Shown here one piece after another: positions 32,625 through 41,046 of a stretch of 54,452 nt of DNA; the stretch's first letter is position 1; each line of letters starts with the position of its first letter. The translations under genes were made by a program, and so were the position numbers. This stretch comes from an uncultured Ectothiorhodospiraceae bacterium (GTDB lineage Bacteria > Pseudomonadota > Gammaproteobacteria > UBA9214). Location: positions 6,235 to 60,686 of the forward strand of contig CAZMAK010000008.1 in assembly GCA_964564245.1 (NCBI GenBank). The letters run 5' to 3'. The notes under the pieces were generated by a model. It had not been told where the DNA came from. It was given only the letters and a program-made list of their open reading frames with translations, and searched no databases.

Positions 32625-33182
32625 ATGACTGATGCGGCATCCACCCGGCACGTTCGCCACGTCCTGCTCGACGGCGGCCTGGCGGGTCTCGCCGACTGGT
32701 ACGCCACGCCGATGGCGCCCCGTCAGGTGGATGTGCTGCTGCCTGTCGTGGAGCATGCGGTCCAGCAGCGGTTGCGTGCCGGCGCGTGCTGTTTCGAGGC
32801 CCGGCTGCTGGGCCTGATCTGCCGCTGGTGGCAGCAGCGGGAAGTCCAGACCACCTGCGAGGAATTGCGGCAAACCGCGGCGTCTCCCCACCAGCTCGCC
32901 CTGCTGCACCTGATCTACGGCCAGTTGCTGGCCAGCCGCAAACTGGAGCCGGCGATGGAGTGGCTCGCCAGCGGGTTCCGGTACGCTGCCGGTCTGGTGA
33001 CGAGTGCGGAATATTTCCGGCTGCTGCGCCGTCACGAAGTGCTTGGCAGGCTGACGTTCGGTACCAGCCCGGCCGCGGCACAGGATCTGCCGGCGTTGCT
33101 GGCCGAGTCGGCCGTGATCGAGCGGTTGCAACGCGGCACCCGGGCAGGCTATACGCACGGGCACCTCGACACGCTGGGGTAG
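32625..33182 (+). CDS. Hypothetical protein, predicted alpha-helical
   Basis: 185-aa ATG ORF fills the gap between hemB and the symporter, host-like codon usage, 4 bp from the next gene; no family recognised. Confidence 0.75.
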   Translation: MTDAASTRHVRHVLLDGGLAGLADWYATPMAPRQVDVLLPVVEHAVQQRLRAGACCFEARLLGLICRWWQQREVQTTCEELRQTAASPHQLALLHLIYGQLLASRKLEPAMEWLASGFRYAAGLVTSAEYFRLLRRHEVLGRLTFGTSPAAAQDLPALLAESAVIERLQRGTRAGYTHGHLDTLG

Positions 33183-33186
33183 CCAC

Positions 33187-34143
33187 GTGCTGGCCTGGTT
33201 CGTCCGCGGCTGCCGCGTGGTTGCCAACCAGCTGGCACCGGTCACCCTGCTGGGGGCGATTGCCGCCTACCTGCATCCGCCGCTGTTCCTGGTATTCAAA
33301 AGTACCTTCCTGTGGTTCTTCGCCGCCACCATGTTTGCCATGGGGTTGGTGCTCGATGTCGGGGAGCTGCGTACCACGCTGCGACAGCCGGGACGGGTGG
33401 CACTGGGCGTGCTGACCCAGTTTACGGTCATGCCGGCACTGGGTTTCCTGGTCGCCATGCTGGCGCCGCTGCCGGAGGCCGTCCGGCTGGGTTTCATCAT
33501 CGTGGCCTGTGCGCCCGGCGCCATGGCCAGCAATGTGATGGTGTACCTGGCCGGCGGCCGGGTCGCCTACTCGGTCGCGTTGACCACGGTGGCTACCTTT
33601 CTCTCCCCGCTGGTGACGCCGCTGCTGGTGGAGTGGCTGGGTGGCGTGTTGCTGGACATCCCGTTCCGGCCGATGATGCAGACCATCCTCCTGACCGTGG
33701 TGTTGCCGTTGTGGCTCGGTATGTGGATGCAGCGTTTCCTGCGACAGCGCCACGACCTGACCCATGCAGTGGCGCCGGCCGTCGCGGCCATCGCCATCGT
33801 GATCATCTGCAGTTATGCCGTGGCCGCCAACCAGGCTCGTATCGCCCAGGTCGGCGCCTGGGTGGTCTCCCTGGTGATCCTGCTCAACGCGCTGGGTTAT
33901 CTCTGCGGCTGGTATCTGGCACGGCTGTACGGGTTTGACACCGGGTACCGCTTCACGCTGGCCATCGAGATCGGGATGCAGAACGCGGGTCTCGGGGTGG
34001 CGCTTGCCCTGCAGCATTTTTCCCCCGAGGCCGCCCTGCCGGGTGCCCTGTTTGCCTGCTGGTGCATCCTCACCGCAGCCGGGGCAAGTTCCTGGCTGCG
34101 CAATCGAGGCGGGATTTTGCTGGACGGAAAAACAACCATATAA
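33187..34143 (+). CDS. Bile acid:sodium symporter (BASS) family transporter
   Basis: MFAMGL, QFTVMP, CAPGAMASNV, EIGMQNAGL motifs; about 9-10 TM helices. Confidence 0.92.
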   Translation: MLAWFVRGCRVVANQLAPVTLLGAIAAYLHPPLFLVFKSTFLWFFAATMFAMGLVLDVGELRTTLRQPGRVALGVLTQFTVMPALGFLVAMLAPLPEAVRLGFIIVACAPGAMASNVMVYLAGGRVAYSVALTTVATFLSPLVTPLLVEWLGGVLLDIPFRPMMQTILLTVVLPLWLGMWMQRFLRQRHDLTHAVAPAVAAIAIVIICSYAVAANQARIAQVGAWVVSLVILLNALGYLCGWYLARLYGFDTGYRFTLAIEIGMQNAGLGVALALQHFSPEAALPGALFACWCILTAAGASSWLRNRGGILLDGKTTI

Positions 34144-34163
34144 AACATGTAGTTACAGATAAT

Positions 34164-34186
34164 TAACCACTAAAATCCGGTGGTTA
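34164..34186. promoter_or_regulatory. Inverted repeat directly upstream of the sigma28-type promoter (possible operator or hairpin)
   Basis: TAACCAC-N9-GTGGTTA, perfect 7-bp arms. Confidence 0.4.
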
Positions 34187-34193
34187 TTCTGCC

Positions 34194-34220
34194 TAAAGAA
34201 ACTATTCCCGGCGTCGATAC
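34194..34220 (+). promoter_or_regulatory. Sigma28 (FliA)-type promoter
   Basis: TAAAGAAA-N11-GTCGATAC versus consensus TAAAGTTT-N11-GCCGATAA; exact spacing. Confidence 0.7.
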
Positions 34221-34225
34221 TCTCA

Positions 34226-34358
34226 TCAAGAGCGCAGCGCAGATACACGCTGTGCAGCGGTCTTCAGCAAAGTTCCGGTTTTTTGTCAGTGCACAGGGTT
34301 TCAAGGCTCCTCCGACGCTGAAAAGCGTTTTCAACCCGCCGCAAGGCGGGTTTTTTTT
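34226..34358 (+). ncRNA. Candidate small regulatory RNA, about 130 nt
   Basis: Bounded by the sigma28-type promoter and an intrinsic terminator; no ATG or SD inside; hairpins at 34232-34255 and 34314-34329, U-tract, single-stranded CTCCTCC. Confidence 0.6.
34333..34358 (+). terminator. Rho-independent terminator
   Basis: CCCGCC-GCAA-GGCGGG followed by T8. Confidence 0.9.
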
Positions 34359-34379
34359 CCCTGCTGAATCCCGATATCC

Positions 34380-34464
34380 GGATTCCGGGCCACTGCGCGG
34401 CAACTGTCCCATGTGTTGCTCCACCTCCTGCATTCCTGCCGTCGTGCGCTTTGACCGGGATGAC
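34380..34464. repeat. Nested REP-like composite
   Basis: Minus strand GTCATCCCGG...[CGACGGCAGGAATGCAGGAGGTGGAGCAACACATGGGACAGTTGCCG]...CCCGGAATCC; family resemblance is from recall, and there is only one copy in the window. Confidence 0.5.
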
Positions 34465-34531
34465 TGGAACCTGTCTCCATAATCCCGCGCGAGGCGGCTT
34501 TTTCTTTCAGCTTGTCCGGAACGGGCAAGGT

Positions 34532-36373
34532 CTACCAGTGCAGCTGGCGCAGCCGGGAGACCTTCTTGTACTGGTGGGCGTCCATGCGGGTGAGGATGTT
34601 GTCGAGCACACTGACGGCGTCGCCGATGTAGGCACCCTTGTTCAGCATCACGCACTCGGCGCGCACACTCATGGCCGCGTCGGTAATTTCCGGGCGCGCG
34701 ATGACGCCCTTGCGTGCCAGGGTATCGAGTACCTGGGTTGCCCAGACGACCGGCACGCGGGCGGCCTCGCAGATCCACAGGATCTCTTCCTGGATCTCCG
34801 CCATGCGGACGCTGCCGAGCTCGATCGCGAGATCGCCGCGCGCGATCATTACGCCCACGGGGTGCTGGCCCATGGTGCCCAGCAGCAGGTCTGGCAGGTT
34901 CTTCACTGCGGCCGCCGTTTCAATCTTCAGGACGATCGGCAGTGCCGTCCGGTTGCGTGCCACCAGCTCCTGGCGCAGGGTGTCGACGTCCGCGAGCTTG
35001 CGTACGAAGGAAAACCCGACCATGTCCGCGTTTGCACAGACGAAGTCGAGATCGGCAAGGTCCTTTTCCGTCAGTGCCGGCAGCGGCAACTCGGTATCCG
35101 GCAGGTTGATCCCCTTGCCGCCCTGGATGCGTGCGCCCCGGGGGCCGGCGTGACTGACCTGCAGCAGTACACCCTCCGGGCCGTTCTGCACGACGGTACA
35201 GCCCAGTTTGCCGTCGTCGATCCAGACGCTGTCGCCGGGCCGCAGCAGGTCGACGATCTCGGGGTGTGAGCAGCCGATCTGTGCCGGCCGCAGCGTGCCG
35301 GTTGGCAGCGTGGCGGCGGCCATGCCCGGCTGCCGGTCGCGGCGCAGCAGCAGGTGGTCGCCGCGAAACAGGCGGATGTTCTGCGGCTTGCCGGTAAATT
35401 CCCCGCAGCGGTAGGCATCACTGGTGATGAATGCACCGTCTTCGGACACGCCCTGCCAGCGCAATCCGGTGCCGGGCAGGACATAGGCGCTTGCCTCGCA
35501 CTCGGCAAGCCAGGCCCCGTTTCCCGCCGGTTCCCTGATCTGCAGCACCCGGTACTTGTCGCGGGCATCCCTGAAATGCAGCGAGTGTCCGGTGCGCAAC
35601 TGATCGAGCAGTGCCCGGTCCACCGGCAGGCACGGCAGCCCGTTCCCGGCAGCCGCCCTGTCAGCGCTCAGCAGGACCCGCGCGGGCTCGGTGATCTGTC
35701 CGTACACGTCGCGGCGGACCTGCAGGTGCAGCACGGCGGCTCCGGCCTGGATACTGCCGGTACGGATCTTGTGCCCGGCAAGGTCCATGAAGATGCGGAC
35801 GGGTGTGCCGCTTTCGGCGGCGACCGTTTGCACGTTTTCGATCATGCGTTGCCACGCCGCGGAGTCGTCGTGGGCACAGTTGATGCGTGCGCAATCCATG
35901 CCGTTGGCGACCAGTTGCCGGATCAGTTCCGGTTGTGCGGCCGCCTCGGGCGGCAACGTGACCATGATGCGGGCATAGCGGTTGTGGTGGCGCGAACCGA
36001 ACAGCAGTGCGGTATGCGATTCCAGCCGTTGTGCGCCGTTGTCCGCCTCGCTGGCGGCAACATCCGGGCCGGCGGCCTCGTCCAGCCGGTGGATGACGCG
36101 CGCCAGATTTACCCGTACCTGTGACTCACCCCGGCCGAGCGATGACAGGCCGGCACTGACCAGCCGCTGTTGCAGCGGCCTCAGGTCGTGACTGCGCAGT
36201 GACAGGTAGTCGGCCAGGTTGCGTGCATCGGATGAAAGGCCGTGCGGGTAGCGCGTACGGTAGGGTACCAGGCGGGCGTCCGATTGCCGGCAGACACTGG
36301 CATAGAGCGCGGTAAGCTCGCCCAGCAGGTCGTCCTCGCCGTCACCGCCGGGTGACAGTGCCTGCATGGTCAT
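34532..36373 (-). CDS. Atypical long pyruvate kinase (N-terminal extension, enlarged B-domain region, no C-terminal domain)
   Basis: IMVTLP, ARINCAHD, DLAGHKIRTG, IDDGKL, KGINLP, LKIET, MIARGDLAIE, WATQVL, ECVMLNKG. Confidence 0.88.
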   Translation of the reverse strand: MTMQALSPGGDGEDDLLGELTALYASVCRQSDARLVPYRTRYPHGLSSDARNLADYLSLRSHDLRPLQQRLVSAGLSSLGRGESQVRVNLARVIHRLDEAAGPDVAASEADNGAQRLESHTALLFGSRHHNRYARIMVTLPPEAAAQPELIRQLVANGMDCARINCAHDDSAAWQRMIENVQTVAAESGTPVRIFMDLAGHKIRTGSIQAGAAVLHLQVRRDVYGQITEPARVLLSADRAAAGNGLPCLPVDRALLDQLRTGHSLHFRDARDKYRVLQIREPAGNGAWLAECEASAYVLPGTGLRWQGVSEDGAFITSDAYRCGEFTGKPQNIRLFRGDHLLLRRDRQPGMAAATLPTGTLRPAQIGCSHPEIVDLLRPGDSVWIDDGKLGCTVVQNGPEGVLLQVSHAGPRGARIQGGKGINLPDTELPLPALTEKDLADLDFVCANADMVGFSFVRKLADVDTLRQELVARNRTALPIVLKIETAAAVKNLPDLLLGTMGQHPVGVMIARGDLAIELGSVRMAEIQEEILWICEAARVPVVWATQVLDTLARKGVIARPEITDAAMSVRAECVMLNKGAYIGDAVSVLDNILTRMDAHQYKKVSRLRQLHW

Positions 36374-36424
36374 GGGTGGATTCCTCTGATATTTCGTGCC
36401 ACTGGGGGAGTCTGGACCCGGACT

Positions 36425-36442
36425 GTTACAGTATTATGAAAG
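36425..36442 (-). promoter_or_regulatory. Pho-box-like (PhoB/OmpR family) direct repeat upstream of the pyruvate kinase gene
   Basis: Minus strand CTTTCAT-AATA-CTGTAAC (11-bp period), then 10 nt, then CAGACT (-10-like). Confidence 0.55.
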
Positions 36443-36617
36443 TCCCTTACCGTTACAGGGTGAACGGGATGCACGGGAAGACCGGGTTTTGCTGCACGGT
36501 ATCCGTACCACCACCTGGCTGCGACCGGCAGAAGGTCCGGACCGGATGCAGGGCGATCAGGTCAGCGCGGTTACCGGGGTACGGCGGATTCCGCATCCCC
36601 CCGGAGGCAGCAGGGTT

Positions 36618-37565
<948 letters not shown>

Positions 37566-37641
37566 TCAAGAACCACGTTGATGGATTTCAGGTGGCACAA
37601 CCGGTGCCGTGCGATCCGCCCGTGTGCGGAACAGTCAATGC

Positions 37642-38193
37642 TCAGCCGCGCAGTATCCTGCCACTGATGCCGTCACGGATCCGGCTGGGCGTGCGCGTTT
37701 TGCCGGTGTCGCCATGCAGGATGCAGTCGAGCTGTCCGTCGAACGCCTTGCGCACCATGAGTGCATTGCATGCCGGATTCCGGCCGTGCCGGTTGGCGCT
37801 GCTGGATACCAGCGGACCATCCCATTGCCTGCACAGCGCCTTCGCCAGCGGGTGGGTGGTAATCCGCACCGCCAGCGTATCATGCCTGCCGCGCAGCCAG
37901 GCCGGTACCTCCGGAAGGCAGGGCAACACCCAAGTCACGGGTGATCCGCCCGGCGTGGCGACCCGTTTGCGCAGGCCGGGATTCAGCGGCAGCAGCAGCG
38001 GTTCCAGCCGGCTGAAGTCGCTGGCAATCAGGACCAGGCCGTGCGTGATGCTTCTCCGCTTGAGCGCCAGCAGGTGCAGCACCGCGGCCGCATTGAACGG
38101 ATCGCAGCTCAGGCCATAGACGGTTTCGGTCGGGCAGGCGATCACGCCGCCGTCCGAGAGCATGCGCAGTGCCTCGTGCAGCTGCCAGTTCAT
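37642..38193 (-). CDS. tsaC: Threonylcarbamoyl-AMP synthase (YrdC/Sua5 family)
   Basis: GGVIACPTETVYGL.CDP, LKRR, LAVRIT.HP, LVSSSAN, PSRIRD. Confidence 0.93.
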   Translation of the reverse strand: MNWQLHEALRMLSDGGVIACPTETVYGLSCDPFNAAAVLHLLALKRRSITHGLVLIASDFSRLEPLLLPLNPGLRKRVATPGGSPVTWVLPCLPEVPAWLRGRHDTLAVRITTHPLAKALCRQWDGPLVSSSANRHGRNPACNALMVRKAFDGQLDCILHGDTGKTRTPSRIRDGISGRILRG

Positions 38194-38209
38194 GCCGGTT
38201 CAGATCCGT

Positions 38210-40510
38210 TCAGGAGGCCTCCGATTCGCTGGCCGTGGCCTCTTCCCAGGGCTCGACGAACTTGCAGTCAGGCTGCGGACAGACGCGCTGGGTACCGGAA
38301 CGCTTGGTGGTTTTCACCGTGGTGATCGGCCAGCTGCAGGCCGGGCACGGCAGCGCCAGCGGCTCGTTCCAGATCGCATAGTCACAGTCCGGGTAGCGGG
38401 CGCAGGAATAGAAGACCTTGCCACGCCGTGACTTGCGCTTGAGGATGGTGCCCTTGTGACACTGCGGACATTCCACACCGGTGTCCGCCGGTTTTTCCAG
38501 CGGCTCGATGTACTTGCAGTTCGGGTAGCTGCTGCAGCCGATGAACTTGCCGTACTTGCCGCTGCGGATGATCAGGTCAGACCCGCAGTCCGGGCACTTG
38601 CGGCCCTCGACGATCTCCGGCTCGTTGCTGCCGCGCTCGTCATCGATATTGCGCGTGTAGTCGCACTCCGGGTAGCCGCTGCAGCCGATGAAGCGACCGC
38701 GCCTGCCGAGCCGGATATTCAGGGGCTTGCCGCATTTCGGGCAGACCTCGTCGGTGGGCTCGGTGGTGACGTCCTCGCGCTTGATTTTTTCCTTTTCGGT
38801 AACCAGTGCCTTGAACGGTTCCCAGAATGCCTGCATCACCGGCACCCAGTCCTTCTCGCCGCGTGCCACGGCGTCCAGTTCATCTTCGAGCCTGGCGGTA
38901 AAGTCGTAGTCGACATAGCGCGTGAAATGCTCGGTCAGGAACTTGCTGACCACGCGGCCGACGTCGGTGGGATAGAAACGCTTGCTTTCCAGCACCACGT
39001 ATTCGCGCGCCTGCAGGGTGGAGATGATGGTCGCGTAGGTCGACGGGCGGCCGATGCCGTATTCTTCCAGTGCCTTGACCAGGCTGGCTTCCGAGAAACG
39101 CGGTGGTGGCTCGGTGAAGTGCTGGTCGGCACGGATTTCCTTCAGCTTGCAGACATCACCCTTCTCCAGCGGGGGCAGCATCCTGTCCTCGCCATCCGCC
39201 TGCTTGTCGTCCACGCCCTCCTGGTAGACCGCCATGAAGCCGGGGTCCACCACCACCGAGCCGGTGGCGCGGAAGCGGTGATCCTTGCCACAGGCGAAAT
39301 CGACACTCACCGTGTTGATGGTGGCGTGGATCATCTGGCAGGCGATGGTGCGCTTCCAGATCAGATCGTACAGCTTCAGCTGTTCGGCGTTGAGGTACTG
39401 CCTGATGTCTTCCGATGTGTTGCGAATGGAAGTCGGCCGGATGGCCTCGTGTGCTTCCTGTGCGTTCTTGGCCTTGGTCTTGAATACGCGCGCCTCTTTC
39501 GGCAGGGCGTGTTCACCATAGCGTTCCGGTATATAGGCACGGATCTCGTCGAGTGCATCCTGCGCCAGGTTCACCGAGTCGGTACGCATGTAGGTGATCA
39601 GGCCGACGGTATCGCCACCGATGTCCATGCCTTCGTAGAGCTGCTGGGCCACGCGCATGGTGCGGCTGGCGGTGAAGCCCAGCTTGCGCGAGGCCTCCTG
39701 CTGCAGCGTGGAGGTGGTGAACGGGGCGGCCGGATTGCGCCTGCGCTGTTTCTTCTCGACCTCGTCGACAACCAGTTTGCCGCCGGCCGCCTGCAGCAGT
39801 TCGTCGCGCGCCCGGTTGGCCGCCTTGCCGTTGTTGATGGTGAACTGCCTGAGTTTCTCACCATGCAGGTGGGTCAGGCGTGCAATGAATTCCTGGCCGT
39901 CCTTGCCGAGGTCACCCTCCAGCGTCCAGTATTCGCGCGGCTTGAAGTTCTCGATCTCGATCTCGCGTTCCACGATCATACGCAGTGCCGGGCTTTGCAC
40001 GCGCCCGGCGGACAGACCGCGTCGTATTTTTTTCCACAGCAGCGGCGACAGGTTGAAACCGACCAGGTAGTCGAGTGCGCGGCGTGCCTGCTGGGCGTTC
40101 ACCAGCTCGGTGGAAAGGTCGCGCGCATGCTCGATGGCCTCGTTCACGGCGCGTTTGGTGATCTCGTTGAATACGACACGATGCACTTCCTTGTCCTTGA
40201 GCGCATTGCGTTGCGTAAGCAGTTCACACAGGTGCCAGGAGATGGCCTCGCCTTCACGGTCCGGGTCAGTGGCCAGGTACAGGGCATCCGACTTTTTCAT
40301 CGCCTTGATGATGCTGTCGACGTGTTTCGAGTTGCGCTCGATGAGCTGGTACTTCATGGCGAAGTCGTGTTCGGTGTCGACCGCACCTTCCTTCGGGACC
40401 AGGTCGCGGACATGACCGTAGGAGGCCATGACTTCAAATCCCTTGCCGAGGTACTTCTTGATGGTCTTGCACTTGGCCGGTGATTCGACGATGACGAGGT
40501 TCTTGCTCAT
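38210..40510 (-). CDS. topA: DNA topoisomerase I
   Basis: LVIVESPAK, ATDPDREGE, SAGRVQS, ITYMRTDS, GIGRPSTY; four C-terminal Cys4 zinc ribbons. Confidence 0.99.
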   Translation of the reverse strand: MSKNLVIVESPAKCKTIKKYLGKGFEVMASYGHVRDLVPKEGAVDTEHDFAMKYQLIERNSKHVDSIIKAMKKSDALYLATDPDREGEAISWHLCELLTQRNALKDKEVHRVVFNEITKRAVNEAIEHARDLSTELVNAQQARRALDYLVGFNLSPLLWKKIRRGLSAGRVQSPALRMIVEREIEIENFKPREYWTLEGDLGKDGQEFIARLTHLHGEKLRQFTINNGKAANRARDELLQAAGGKLVVDEVEKKQRRRNPAAPFTTSTLQQEASRKLGFTASRTMRVAQQLYEGMDIGGDTVGLITYMRTDSVNLAQDALDEIRAYIPERYGEHALPKEARVFKTKAKNAQEAHEAIRPTSIRNTSEDIRQYLNAEQLKLYDLIWKRTIACQMIHATINTVSVDFACGKDHRFRATGSVVVDPGFMAVYQEGVDDKQADGEDRMLPPLEKGDVCKLKEIRADQHFTEPPPRFSEASLVKALEEYGIGRPSTYATIISTLQAREYVVLESKRFYPTDVGRVVSKFLTEHFTRYVDYDFTARLEDELDAVARGEKDWVPVMQAFWEPFKALVTEKEKIKREDVTTEPTDEVCPKCGKPLNIRLGRRGRFIGCSGYPECDYTRNIDDERGSNEPEIVEGRKCPDCGSDLIIRSGKYGKFIGCSSYPNCKYIEPLEKPADTGVECPQCHKGTILKRKSRRGKVFYSCARYPDCDYAIWNEPLALPCPACSWPITTVKTTKRSGTQRVCPQPDCKFVEPWEEATASESEAS

Positions 40511-40561
40511 TGCAATCGGTGGTCGGTGGCCTGGCAGCTGGCCACGGCTCGGGTTTGATTT

Positions 40562-41035
40562 TCAGTGCAGGTTGTGTGGCGCGCTTTCGAATACCAGGTC
40601 TTCGACCCAGGCGTAGGCTTCCTGCTTGCCGGGCTGGTTGAACAGCACCATCAGGATGACCCACTTCAACTGGTCCAGGTCGAAGTCCTCGGTATCCAGC
40701 GCCATGGCGCGGTCGATGGCAAGTTCCCGGGACTCCGGGCTCAGTACACCCATCTGCTCCAGGAACAGCAGAAAGCCGCGGCACTCGGTGTCCAGCCGGT
40801 CGAGTTCCGCTCCGGCGTAGTGCCGGATGGAATGCTCGGCCTGGACCGACGGCCGGCACTGGTCGTCCATGAGACCATCCATCCAGGTAAAGGCACGGTC
40901 GATTTCGCGGGTGGGGAAGCCGGCCTGGCTGAGCTCCTGCTGGACGATCTCGCGGTCCGGCGCGGGCGTACTGTCGTCATCCATATAATAGTTTTCGAAC
41001 AGGTACATCAATACGTCGAAGACGTTCTCTTTCAT
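40562..41035 (-). CDS. smg: Protein Smg (DUF494)
   Basis: VFDVLMYLFENY, RGFLLFLEQ, LKWVILMVLFNQPG; between dprA and topA. Confidence 0.95.
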   Translation of the reverse strand: MKENVFDVLMYLFENYYMDDDSTPAPDREIVQQELSQAGFPTREIDRAFTWMDGLMDDQCRPSVQAEHSIRHYAGAELDRLDTECRGFLLFLEQMGVLSPESRELAIDRAMALDTEDFDLDQLKWVILMVLFNQPGKQEAYAWVEDLVFESAPHNLH

Positions 41036-41046
41036 TTAAAGCCCTT

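Noticed and set aside
34170-34778. ORFs 34180-34482 (+), 34170-34778 (-) and 34331-34528 (-) as protein genes
   Set aside because: They run through a terminator and repeat sequence, lack an SD and overlap the pyruvate kinase gene or the sRNA candidate; a non-coding reading fits better.
36385-36402. Sigma54 promoter upstream of the pyruvate kinase (minus-strand TGGCAC)
   Set aside because: The -12 position reads ATCA, not TTGC.
38456-40483. 675-aa ORF antisense to topA, and similar long shadow ORFs (8051-9736, 9402-10865, 16293-17486, 20115-21527, 32452-34017)
   Set aside because: They mirror well-supported genes on the opposite strand. This is expected from GC-rich codon bias, and they show no protein motifs.
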